From an uncultured Alphaproteobacteria bacterium (GTDB lineage: Bacteria; Pseudomonadota; Alphaproteobacteria; Rickettsiales; UBA998), in contig CAWDMW010000002.1 of the NCBI GenBank assembly GCA_963803575.1, positions 1,080,406 through 1,144,405 of the forward strand: a stretch of 64,000 nt of DNA. Reading direction: 5' to 3'. The notes beneath the pieces were generated by a model that searched no databases, had not been told where the DNA came from, and saw nothing but the letters and a program-made list of their open reading frames with translations. Each line of letters begins with the position of its first letter. Position 1 is the stretch's first letter. Of this stretch, positions 36,620-45,267 are shown one piece after another. The position numbers and the translations under genes were made by a program.

Positions 36620-37832
36620 GGCTATCTCCTATGATGTGGCTGTTAAATTCGGCGCTTAAGCGGATATGGCGGCTTTTCATGCTGGCCAATTGCGAGGCGA
36701 TGGTTAGCTCGTCAATTTGTGCATCCAACATCGTCTCCAATGGCGCATTGCCGGATTCGTAATTGCGGTTGGCGGCTTTGACCATTTGCCGCAAGGCCGC
36801 TTTCTTTTCTTCCAGCAGCTCGATGTTATCGGCGGCAATATCACGCTCGGCTTTTAGTGCGGCCATGCGTTTGATCCAGTTCACGCTTGGTATCCTCCAG
36901 CGCAAATTCGGCGCTGCGTTTGCCTGCTTCGGCGGCACGCAGGTGCGGCTTTTGATTGGATTCATACCAAAGCGGGATGGAGATGGTGGCTTGCACGAAA
37001 ACCAATCATCGCCTCTAAAGTTGCTGCCCGACTCGCGTTGTTTATAGATCGCTTGCACACCGTAATTTGGGTTAAAGGCGGCATCGGCGGCATCCACATC
37101 CTGCTGGCGGCTGGACTTCTTTATTAGCAATGCGGACGGGATAAAGCGCATCCGCTTCGCGCTGCCATGTGATGTCGGCCTGCGCGGGGATGGTTAGCTC
37201 CGGCACTTCTCCCACCAATCGGATTAGTTCTTGCTTCGACCGCCACGCGCTCGGCTTTTAGATCGTTTAGGCGTTGTTCTAAATCGGTGCGCTCGACATC
37301 AATTTCGGAGAATCGGCCATAGACCGGGTTGCCTGCCTCCAGCTGACCTTTTAAATCATCCTCCATCGATCGGTAATATCCGAGCTGGCGCTTGGCTAAT
37401 TTCTCCAGCGTGGTGACTGTGTCCAATTCAGTCATCTGCGATATTAAAATGGCTCGCAGGCGCTTCTTGGTATAGTCGGCCAGCAGCTTCTGACGCTCGG
37501 ATAAGCGTCTCCTGCTTGTCAGATTTTGCCTCGCGCAGCTCGTAGCTGGGGATTTGCTGTTTAAACCCAAACACCTTCGAGGTTGGCAAAAAGCGATCAA
37601 AGGCCGGGTCTTCTATCGGCATGTTATCGACGCCAACGATCAGCTGCGGGTCAGGCAGGCTCATTTCAGCATCGGACAGCTCACGCAGCCGCGTGCTCTG
37701 TTCTAATATGGTGGTTACTTGGGGATGCTCCGCCAAACGCTGGGTGTAAACCTCTAGCGTTTCGGCCTGTGCTGGCGCAACCCCTGTGGACATGGCCAAT
37801 AAAGCCAATGCCCAAAGGCGTTTCTTAATCAT
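36606..37832 (-). CDS. TolC-family outer membrane factor (CusC-like), frameshifted
   Basis: Signal peptide, LPDP, NYESG; operon position upstream of cusB. Confidence 0.8.
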
Positions 37833-37917
37833 GATATTCTCCAAAGTTAATGGCGCGGATCGGCTGCAAAAAGGCGCAGCTATCCAGCGTTAAAGGCGCA
37901 CCGCTGGTGCGAAAACT

Positions 37918-38301
37918 CTAGGAGATGTGTTTGGGAGGGTTATCGATGCCAAAAGCGATGTTCGAGATAAGAATATCGCTGGTTGGCAGATGCATATCAC
38001 TGCTGGTCATCACCGGGGATGCCGCAGGATTGTTTAAAAGTGAGGTTTGTGATGGGACTTTGCAATGACCGCAGCCACATTTATCGCAATTGGCCTGCTT
38101 GCTGTCATCATCACTGGTTTGCTCGGCTTCGGCCTTATCCATACCATGGCATGGCATATCGGAGTTCATTTCCTGTTTGGCTTCAGCGCTCATGTCGGGG
38201 CAGTTGCATGCAGCCATAGCGGTGGCCGCGACCGCATTCAATGTGAATGCTGCCATTATCATAATGATAAATATGCGTTTAATTTGCCTCATGCGTATCA
38301 T
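37918..38301 (-). CDS. Exported Cys-rich leader protein (CutF/CopL-like)
   Basis: Signal peptide, CNC, MPCH, CDKCGCGHC, C-terminal DNPPKHIS. Confidence 0.7.
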   Translation of the reverse strand: MIRMRQIKRIFIIMIMAAFTLNAVAATAMAACNCPDMSAEAKQEMNSDMPCHGMDKAEAEQTSDDDSKQANCDKCGCGHCKVPSQTSLLNNPAASPVMTSSDMHLPTSDILISNIAFGIDNPPKHIS

Positions 38302-38413
38302 TATACCACTTAATAGTTAAAAGTCTATTCCTATCATAATTCGTGCTTCAAATATAAAAGGTTACATGTTCATGCGGCTTTACTTTTAGTACGGATATTC
38401 TATGATGTATATC

Positions 38414-38625
38414 GTGACGGGGCGTAGAAACCTCACAAAGATATATCGGACAAGTATTTACAAAATGTCCTCCCTTACGTTGGGAGGGCGGCGGAATACA
38501 ATAACCGCTTGCGGTGAATACGCTGCGGGTCGCTTTGTGACTTTTCTAACCTCCCGGCACCATCGGGGTGCCATGATGGGAATACCTCGTTGCCGATTGA
38601 GTAACTAATCAAAGGAGGTATTTTC
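38414..38625 (+). ncRNA. Structured leader RNA (C4/ash-like) upstream of a lipoprotein gene
   Basis: 38414-38440 pairs with 38533-38560; inner hairpin CCTCCC..GGGAGG; AATACCTC (38581) pairs with GAGGTATT covering the RBS. Confidence 0.55.
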
Positions 38626-39063
38626 ATGAAAAAAACTATTTTAATAGTATCAATGGCGGCGCTTTCGGCCTGTACCACGCTTGGCGAGGTGGAGACCAAG
38701 GCGCTTTCCAAACAGGCGGTGCTGGATGCACGCGCTGAAAAAGCTGAGGTACATTTGGCCTATTTGCAATGCTACGGCCTGCCAAAGACGGATAAGAAAA
38801 GCTGCCGCCGCAAGGCCGCTGCGCTTACCGAAAATGGGCGGAGCAGCGCCAATACATGGGATTATATTTTGCCGCATGATTACGAGGCGGAGCGATTGGG
38901 CTTTAAGGCGTATTTGGACGATGCTGGCAAACGCTGCGCACGCGTTGATCAGGGGCCGCAATATAATGAAGAGCGCCAAGGCTATGTGGTGCAATGCATC
39001 GATGGGGCTGAGTATCTAATGGGTTACGATCGCGGCAATGATGCGTGGCGATTGCTACCATAA
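38626..39063 (+). CDS. Hypothetical lipoprotein
   Basis: MKK-hydrophobic-LSAC lipobox; GGAGG RBS. Confidence 0.75.
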   Translation: MKKTILIVSMAALSACTTLGEVETKALSKQAVLDARAEKAEVHLAYLQCYGLPKTDKKSCRRKAAALTENGRSSANTWDYILPHDYEAERLGFKAYLDDAGKRCARVDQGPQYNEERQGYVVQCIDGAEYLMGYDRGNDAWRLLP

Positions 39064-39073
39064 GAGAGGTGTG

Positions 39074-39430
39074 ATGAGCAAATATACACGCCCGGTGCAT
39101 CCGGTTAACATACAAATTGGTGAGCGCATTCGTGCAGGCCGCAAAATAGCCGAGCTTAATCAACAGCAGCTGGGCGAGCGATTACCTAAGCCTATTAGCT
39201 TTCAGCAGATTCAAAAATATGAGCGCGGCACAAATCGCATTTCTATATGCACCTTAAAAGATATCGGCGCGGTGATGGGACTGCCGCTGCCGTTTTTCTT
39301 GGAAGATTTGAGCGAGGTGCGCGATATGCTGGCCGAGGATGAGTGGCGCTTGCTTACGGCATACCGAAAGGTTAGCCCGGAGATACGGGAAGCGATGATG
39401 CTATTGCTGGGTGATCGACAGGCGATTTAA
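39074..39430 (+). CDS. XRE-family HTH regulator
   Basis: IGERIR..R, ISFQQIQKYERGTNRIS. Confidence 0.9.
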   Translation: MSKYTRPVHPVNIQIGERIRAGRKIAELNQQQLGERLPKPISFQQIQKYERGTNRISICTLKDIGAVMGLPLPFFLEDLSEVRDMLAEDEWRLLTAYRKVSPEIREAMMLLLGDRQAI

Positions 39431-40171
39431 GCGGCACGCAGACGATAATGGCCTTTGCCATCGGACTCAATTAAGTTGCGCCATTGCGGTTGGCTTTTAA
39501 ACACATCCCGCATGCGGTGGCATTGCGAGCCGACATCGTGAAGAATCACTTTACCATACACCCATGGCTCACCATCCTGCGTGGCGGTATGCAATCGTTC
39601 CACGACCTTGGCTTGAATATTTCCCAAGATGAAAATCCTTCTCGCAGCACACCACATGGCGATAGTGATTGCTGTGCTGCAACCCTTCGGGCCGGGTGCG
39701 CCCGTTGCGATGGCGAGGGGGTTGGATGGCTTGTTTGGGTGCGTCAAATAATGGCAGCGTATCGCTGCTGCGCACCTCGTGCTCTTGTTCAAAGTGGTGG
39801 CGATGATCGTTGGTGATCAGCAGATCTCGCACGCTTACCTCAAGCGGCGGCTGTGGTGGCTCCGCCGCAATACGGATATCGGTATATTCCTCTTCGTTCA
39901 CCGCTAGAAAATGACTCAAGGTGATGGTGCCGCGCTGGAACAACATATGGCAATCTTTCGGGCGCAGGCGCACCAGCCCTTCACAATGATCGTGGGACAA
40001 AACATAAAATTCGCTGTCTTCCTGCTTGCCGCGTTCAACAAAGCACATGGGAAGCCAGACGCAGACCGGGAGCATGCCGTTTTCTACCGCATACATGGTT
40101 TCATCATGGGTAATATCCCACCCATTCTCGATGACCTCTAATCGAAAATATTTCTGCTTTTTGAGTGACAT
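39427..40171 (-). CDS. Conserved-looking prophage hypothetical protein with probable C-terminal DNA-binding domain (frameshift near 39620)
   Basis: Two ORFs join if one A is removed from GGGAAAT. C-terminus QAKVVERLH..PW..GK..MRDVFKSQPQWRNLIESD.GHYRL. GGAGG RBS. Confidence 0.65.
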
Positions 40172-40318
40172 GCCGACCTCCGTTGTTGTATATATTATAA
40201 AAGTTACTACATTTGTTACTTGCTTTGTTACAAAATGAATTTTATAAAATGTTAGTGGCTAAATTGCAACCTAAACTATATATTATCATCCAAACACTCA
40301 ACCTATAGGAGTTATCAC

Positions 40319-40816
40319 TTGACACAAAAGTCTGTCAAACAATCGCGTTCTGCCAAGCAAACCAAGGTGATGCGTGTGCCTGTGGAGCTGGCTAATCAGA
40401 TTGAAACATATTGCAAAAATAGTGGCTATCGTTTGCCGCTTTTAAGCGGAAAAGTGCCTGCGGGTTTTCCGCTTAACTCCACCGAGCATGTGGAGGAATG
40501 GGTCGATATTAATCAGCTGATGATCAAAGACCCTGGTCAAATGTTTTTGATTGAAGCGTCGGGTGATTCGATGGAGCAGGATTGTATTTTTGATGGCGAT
40601 TTGCTGATGGTCGATGGCTCCATTGAGCCGCGCCATGGCATGATTGTAATTGCCGCGCTTGATGGTGAGTACACCGTCAAACGCTTTTTTAATCAGGGCG
40701 GCGATGTGAAATTGATACCCGCCAATAGTAATTATCCAGAGATTGAGGTGACCGCATCGTCCAACTTTTCCATTGCCGGAGTGGTGGTGCGTTCCATGCA
40801 CAAATTTACATACTAA
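40319..40816 (+). CDS. umuD: UmuD/LexA-like S24 peptidase
   Basis: VPAGFP cleavage site, GDSM (Ser) and TVKR (Lys). Confidence 0.8.
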   Translation: MTQKSVKQSRSAKQTKVMRVPVELANQIETYCKNSGYRLPLLSGKVPAGFPLNSTEHVEEWVDINQLMIKDPGQMFLIEASGDSMEQDCIFDGDLLMVDGSIEPRHGMIVIAALDGEYTVKRFFNQGGDVKLIPANSNYPEIEVTASSNFSIAGVVVRSMHKFTY

Positions 40817-40850
40817 CCTTAGAGCCAACTCCTTGGTGTGGACTCCTTAA

Positions 40851-41173
40851 TCCCCACACCATCCCCATCCAAGCCCCACCCAAATAGATTGACATGCCGC
40901 ACGCCATATCAGGCGGTGCGTTGGCTGCCGCCGCGTGGGAACTAACTCCAATGAATCGCTTCAAACTTCCGGGGGATCATCCCCCTTTGCTCCCCACCGC
41001 ATCCCCCTTGGGTGGGGAGGATGGCATGATATGGCATGTTTTGATGCTATCTGCTCCCCCTTATATCCCCACCTTATCCCCGGTCTAATCCGCTAACCCT
41101 TGCAGCGCTTGGTTTTTAGGGTGGGGATGCTGCTCCCCCAACGACCCCGCTGCGCTCCCCACGACATCCCCAC
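40851..41173. repeat. Four clusters of ~11-bp-phased (T)CCCC(AC) repeats
   Basis: Motif starts at 40851/40862/40873, 40980/40991/41002, 41055/41066/41077 and 41134/41144/41156/41167; inverted copies at 41012 and 41121. Confidence 0.8.
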
Positions 41174-41223
41174 CCATCGTTTGCAAGCCTTGTGTCCGAA
41201 CAGTTCGAACAACGGAGGCAAAT

Positions 41224-41466
41224 ATGAACGATTCACAACACAATAAACCTATCTCTACCTTTGACGAAATCTGCCATTTGACCATCGAGACGATGCGAAA
41301 AATGGATATGGAGTCGTTGCTGCAGCTCAAAAAGCAGGCGGTGCGCGAGCTTGATCGCGCCAAGCTGACCAAGGGCTGCATCGATCTGGCACTGTCGCTT
41401 AAAACGCAGGATCACGATCGAGAGGTGGCCCAAGCCGACGCTAATCAACCTTCAATGCTGGATTAG
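41224..41466 (+). CDS. Hypothetical phage protein
   Basis: GGAGG RBS; first gene of the replication operon. Confidence 0.7.
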   Translation: MNDSQHNKPISTFDEICHLTIETMRKMDMESLLQLKKQAVRELDRAKLTKGCIDLALSLKTQDHDREVAQADANQPSMLD

Positions 41467-41476
41467 GGGATAGCGG

Positions 41477-42649
41477 ATGGCAATGGAATGGTTCCGAATG
41501 TATCACGGCATGCCTTTTGATACCAAACTTCGGGTGGTCGCCAAACGCGCTGACCAGCCGATGGGTATCGCGGTGGTGGTGTGGGCCTGCTTACTTGATG
41601 CGGCCTCACAATCCGACCCGCGTGGCATTGCCGTGGTCGATGCGGAGGAGATTGCCGTTGCCTTGGATTTTGAGGTGGAGGCGATCGAGGCCATTCTGCA
41701 GGCGATGCTGGATAAGGGTATGATCGATGAGGATGGCCACCTTGAGGCGTGGGATAAGCGCCAGCACACCACATCCACCGAGCGTTCCAAGAAGAGCCGC
41801 GCCCGTAAAAAAGGCGATGCAGCGGATGGCAACGCCAAGCAACGCGGTGCAACGCGAGGCAACACCGCGCAACGCAAAAAGGGCAAAAAAACACCAGATA
41901 CAGATAGAGATACAGATACAGACTTAGATGAGAATACAGATGCAGATGCAGATGCAGACTTAAAAAAAGAAAAAGATAAAAAATTAAGAACGAGAGAAGA
42001 AAAGAAGGAGTCTGAGGAGGAAAAACCCAGCATCGGTGGAAAAGATAAGAATCAGATTTTACACCAGATGCTGGATATCTGGAACGAAGAGGTTCAGAGC
42101 AAAATTACAAATGGCCAGAAGGCCATACTCACACCCAAACGCAAAGAGCTGCTAACGCTGCGCTTTATCGATGAGTTTGCAGAAGACATTCGGGCTTGGC
42201 GTTATTTTTGCGAGATCATCGGCAGATCAGAATTTTGCCTTGGCAAAATAGAAGGCAAAGATTGGACGATCGATCTGACATGGGCCATCCAGTCAGCAGA
42301 TCGCATAGCCAAAATTTTAGAGGGCGGCTTTTCAGGTGGCAAGCATCCTGCCAAACCACCCAGCTGCGCCTTACCAGAATTTGCAGATGCATGGGATGAG
42401 GTGCTGGGGCGCATGGCCCACCATCATGGCAAGCCTGTCATCCGCAGCTGGTTTTCCAATACTGAAATTACACATGCAGAGGAGACGCCAGATGGCGTGA
42501 TGCTGCGGCTTGAATGCCCCCGCGAGTTCGTGCGCGGCTGGATTGAGCAACATTATCTCACCGACCTTAACCATTGCTGGGACGAGCAGACATCCTGCTC
42601 GCAGCCCGTTGTCGGTGTGCAACTCGCAATCAAGGAGGTTTCATCATGA
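41477..42649 (+). CDS. Phage replication initiator with C-terminal DnaA-N-like domain
   Basis: WFRMYHG N-terminus, STERSKKSRARK, DT/DA linker, RSWFS..FVRGWIEQHY. Confidence 0.8.
   Translation: MAMEWFRMYHGMPFDTKLRVVAKRADQPMGIAVVVWACLLDAASQSDPRGIAVVDAEEIAVALDFEVEAIEAILQAMLDKGMIDEDGHLEAWDKRQHTTSTERSKKSRARKKGDAADGNAKQRGATRGNTAQRKKGKKTPDTDRDTDTDLDENTDADADADLKKEKDKKLRTREEKKESEEEKPSIGGKDKNQILHQMLDIWNEEVQSKITNGQKAILTPKRKELLTLRFIDEFAEDIRAWRYFCEIIGRSEFCLGKIEGKDWTIDLTWAIQSADRIAKILEGGFSGGKHPAKPPSCALPEFADAWDEVLGRMAHHHGKPVIRSWFSNTEITHAEETPDGVMLRLECPREFVRGWIEQHYLTDLNHCWDEQTSCSQPVVGVQLAIKEVSS
41829..42020 (+). other. Putative replication origin inside the initiator gene
   Basis: Five GCAAC(G/A)C repeats at exact 10-bp period (41829-41875), then A tracts and CAGAT repeats. 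Confidence 0.6.
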
Positions 42650-42939
42650 ATGGCGAACAATTACTGCAACAGGCGCTGATGACATTTGAGCATCGACGCG
42701 CCAACTATGGGCTGGCCCGGCATCACTTCCGGGATGTGGCCAAACGCTGGTCGCAATTGCTCGGCCATGAGGTGTCGCCGCAGCAGGTGATTGCCTGCAT
42801 GATTGAGCTGAAGCTGGCGCGGCTGCGCGAGAATCCTGGTCATGTTGATAGCATCATCGACATTGCGGGCTATGCGGCGGTGATGGCCGAGGTGGTGCCA
42901 ACCGATGATCTGGGAGGGTTGGTCGATGAGAGAGCTTAG
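42646..42939 (+). CDS. DUF6378-like phage protein
   Basis: RRANYG, AKRWS, ELKLAR, HVDSIIDIAGYAA. Confidence 0.8.
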   Translation: MNGEQLLQQALMTFEHRRANYGLARHHFRDVAKRWSQLLGHEVSPQQVIACMIELKLARLRENPGHVDSIIDIAGYAAVMAEVVPTDDLGGLVDERA

Positions 42940-43327
42940 AAAATATACCGTGACGGATGTGGCCGATCGATTTGAGGAAGCCGCGCAAACATTGCATCGC
43001 CTGCCGCGTGTTGGCGTGCAGGGATATTTCAACGCCATGCCGGAGGTGATCCGCACCGCCGCTGAAACGCTGCAGGAGGAAAAGCTGCCGATGCGCCTTG
43101 GCCCTCCATCAGCGGAGGCCATTTCCAAAATGGAGGAAGTGCTCGAGTGGATTTGGTGGCTGGATGATGAGGATGAGCGCCGCCTCGTGTGGCTGCGTGC
43201 CGAGCGCGTGGTCTGGAAACGCATTTGCTGGCGGCTTGGCTGTGGTCGTACCAAGGCATGGCAGATGTGGACATACTCGCTGCTTAAAATTGTTACACGC
43301 CTCAACACCAAGCAGGGAGGGCGTTAA
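42926..43327 (+). CDS. DUF6362-like putative late-transcription regulator
   Basis: VADRFEEAA.TL.RLP, PPSAEAISKMEE, LVWLRAE..WKRICWRLG. Confidence 0.8.
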   Translation: MRELRKYTVTDVADRFEEAAQTLHRLPRVGVQGYFNAMPEVIRTAAETLQEEKLPMRLGPPSAEAISKMEEVLEWIWWLDDEDERRLVWLRAERVVWKRICWRLGCGRTKAWQMWTYSLLKIVTRLNTKQGGR

Positions 43328-43328
43328 A

Positions 43329-43610
43329 GTGTTCGAACAAAAAAAGACTAAACAGGATGAACAAAAAAGCGTATCTTCACTCATATCATCGCGAGAGGTG
43401 GGCGAAGACGACCCACTCGCGCCCTATAGACCCCATATTGATCGATTTGATCTCAACGAAGAACAAAAGCTGGAATTGGTTGGTGCAGTCATCGCCATTG
43501 CCGACATGGTGCTGGATCAACAGTTTGGGCTGATAAAATATCCGCATCAGTGCCAGAAACCAGTTGATGAAGTTGGCGCTTCGATCAATGGTGATAGGCA
43601 TGAAAACTAA
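43329..43610 (+). CDS. Small hypothetical protein overlapping the recombinase start (start uncertain)
   Basis: YRPHIDRFDLNEEQKLELV..I..MVLDQQFG resembles small ORFs recalled upstream of alphaproteobacterial serine recombinases. Confidence 0.5.
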   Translation: MFEQKKTKQDEQKSVSSLISSREVGEDDPLAPYRPHIDRFDLNEEQKLELVGAVIAIADMVLDQQFGLIKYPHQCQKPVDEVGASINGDRHEN

Positions 43611-45177
43611 TGCAAAATCAGTTATTTATTGTCGGGTTTCCAGTCAGGCGCAACTGAAAAAGGGCGATGGGCTGGCAAGCCAAGAGACGCGCTGTCGTGA
43701 ATTTGCACGCATGCGCGGATACAGTGTCGAAGAGGTCTTTTACGATGAAGGTATCAGCGGCAAATTGCTCGACCGCGCCAAGATGCGCGAGTTGCTGGAG
43801 TATTTGAACGACCATGCACAGAAAGAACCTATCGTTGTTATCATCGACGATATTAGCCGATTAGCACGAGACCTTGAAACACATATCCGCTTGCGCACGT
43901 CCATCTCGGATGCAGGTGGCAAGCTGGAATCCCCGGCAATTGAGTTTGGTGAAGACTCCGATAGTCGATTGGTTGAGCATTTACTCGCATCGGTCGCCGC
44001 GCACCAACGTGAGAAAAACGCCGAGCAGGTCAAAAACCGGATGCGAGCGCGAATGCAGAATGGCTATTGGGTTTTCAATGCAGCCATCGGATATAAATTT
44101 GAACGCAAATCCGGTCATGGAAAAGTATTAGTGCCAGATGAACCCGCTGCCTCAATCATGGTTGAAGCGTTAGAAGGATTTGCGGCAGGACGGTTTGAAA
44201 CCATTTCAGAAGTACGGTGCTTTTTGCTTTCTAAGCCCGGCTATCCGCGTGATCGGAATGGGGATTTGCACGTAACAAAAATTCGAGAGATGCTAGAGCG
44301 TGTACTTTACACGGGTTATATGGAGTACAAGCCATGGGGTATCACGCTTCAGCCCGGCAAACATACGCCGCTTATTGACTTTGAAACCTATAACAAGGTG
44401 CAAGCGCGACTACGTGGTCAGGCGAAAGCTCCGGCTCGAAAGGATATTCGGGAAGATTTCCCGTTGCGAGGCTTTGTGCTTTGCGGCACATGCCATACGC
44501 CAATGACAGCATGCTGGTCAGCGGGGCGGGCATCGAAATATCCATACTATCTTTGCCGAAACAAGGAATGCCCGGATTGCAAAAAGTCGATCCGTAAAGA
44601 AAAGCTAGAAGACGAGTTTGAAGGAATCTTGCACAAACTGCAGCCGACGCCAGATTTGGTATATATCACCAGAGAGGCGGTGAAGAAGGTTTGGAAGAAG
44701 CATAAAAATGGTCATGGCCTAGATCGCAGCGAGCTAAAGAAGCAACTCAAAGAGCTGGATCGAAAAACTGAACAACTGATGGATCGTATCGTTGAGACCG
44801 ATAGCGAGACGCTGGTCAAAGCCTACGAAGCGAAGATCACAAAGATTGAATATCAGAAGGCAGAAATTAGCTCAAAACTGGCAAGCTCACTGAGCGGCCC
44901 AGAAAGTTTTGAGGAGAGTTTTCAAACCGTCTTTGATTTTATCGAAAATCCGCAGAAACTTTGGCATTCTGACAGCTTGGAGGATAGAAGATTGCTGCTA
45001 AAACTCGTCTTTACCCGCCCATTGGCCTACCACCGAAAAGACGGTTTTCAAACCGCCGCTATCGCGCTGCCATTCGGGCTTTCAGGGCAGTCGATTAGGG
45101 GTAAGTCGGAAATGGTGGAGGATAGCGGAGTCGAACCGCTGACCTCTTCGCTGCCAGCGAAGCGCTCTACCAGCTGA
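43600..45177 (+). CDS. Large serine recombinase (integrase)
   Basis: IYCRVSS, DDISRLAR, recombinase domain, Zn ribbon CGTC..YYLC....C, coiled coil. Confidence 0.93.
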   Translation: MKTNAKSVIYCRVSSQAQLKKGDGLASQETRCREFARMRGYSVEEVFYDEGISGKLLDRAKMRELLEYLNDHAQKEPIVVIIDDISRLARDLETHIRLRTSISDAGGKLESPAIEFGEDSDSRLVEHLLASVAAHQREKNAEQVKNRMRARMQNGYWVFNAAIGYKFERKSGHGKVLVPDEPAASIMVEALEGFAAGRFETISEVRCFLLSKPGYPRDRNGDLHVTKIREMLERVLYTGYMEYKPWGITLQPGKHTPLIDFETYNKVQARLRGQAKAPARKDIREDFPLRGFVLCGTCHTPMTACWSAGRASKYPYYLCRNKECPDCKKSIRKEKLEDEFEGILHKLQPTPDLVYITREAVKKVWKKHKNGHGLDRSELKKQLKELDRKTEQLMDRIVETDSETLVKAYEAKITKIEYQKAEISSKLASSLSGPESFEESFQTVFDFIENPQKLWHSDSLEDRRLLLKLVFTRPLAYHRKDGFQTAAIALPFGLSGQSIRGKSEMVEDSGVEPLTSSLPAKRSTS

Positions 45178-45188
45178 GCTAATCCCCC
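45113..45188 (-). tRNA. tRNA-Ala (GGC)
   Basis: GGGGGATTAGCTCAGCTGGTAGAGCGCTTCGCTGGCAGCGAAGAGGTCAGCGGTTCGACTCCGCTATCCTCCACCA, 76 nt cloverleaf with encoded CCA. Confidence 0.97.
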
Positions 45189-45267
45189 ATATAGGCTGTG
45201 AACTTAGCATGTTTTTTCAGGCTGACAAGCAAAATTTGTATCTATATGGCAAGCTATATCTACTTTG

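Noticed and set aside
39610-39630. Programmed frameshift at GGGAAAT in the 39427-40171 gene
   Set aside because: A single extra A explains it, and similar indels pervade the prophage; it cannot be distinguished from sequencing error.
40851-41173. CRISPR array interpretation of the CCCC repeats
   Set aside because: Units are only 5-7 bp with an 11-bp period; there are no 25-45 bp repeats with spacers and no cas genes.
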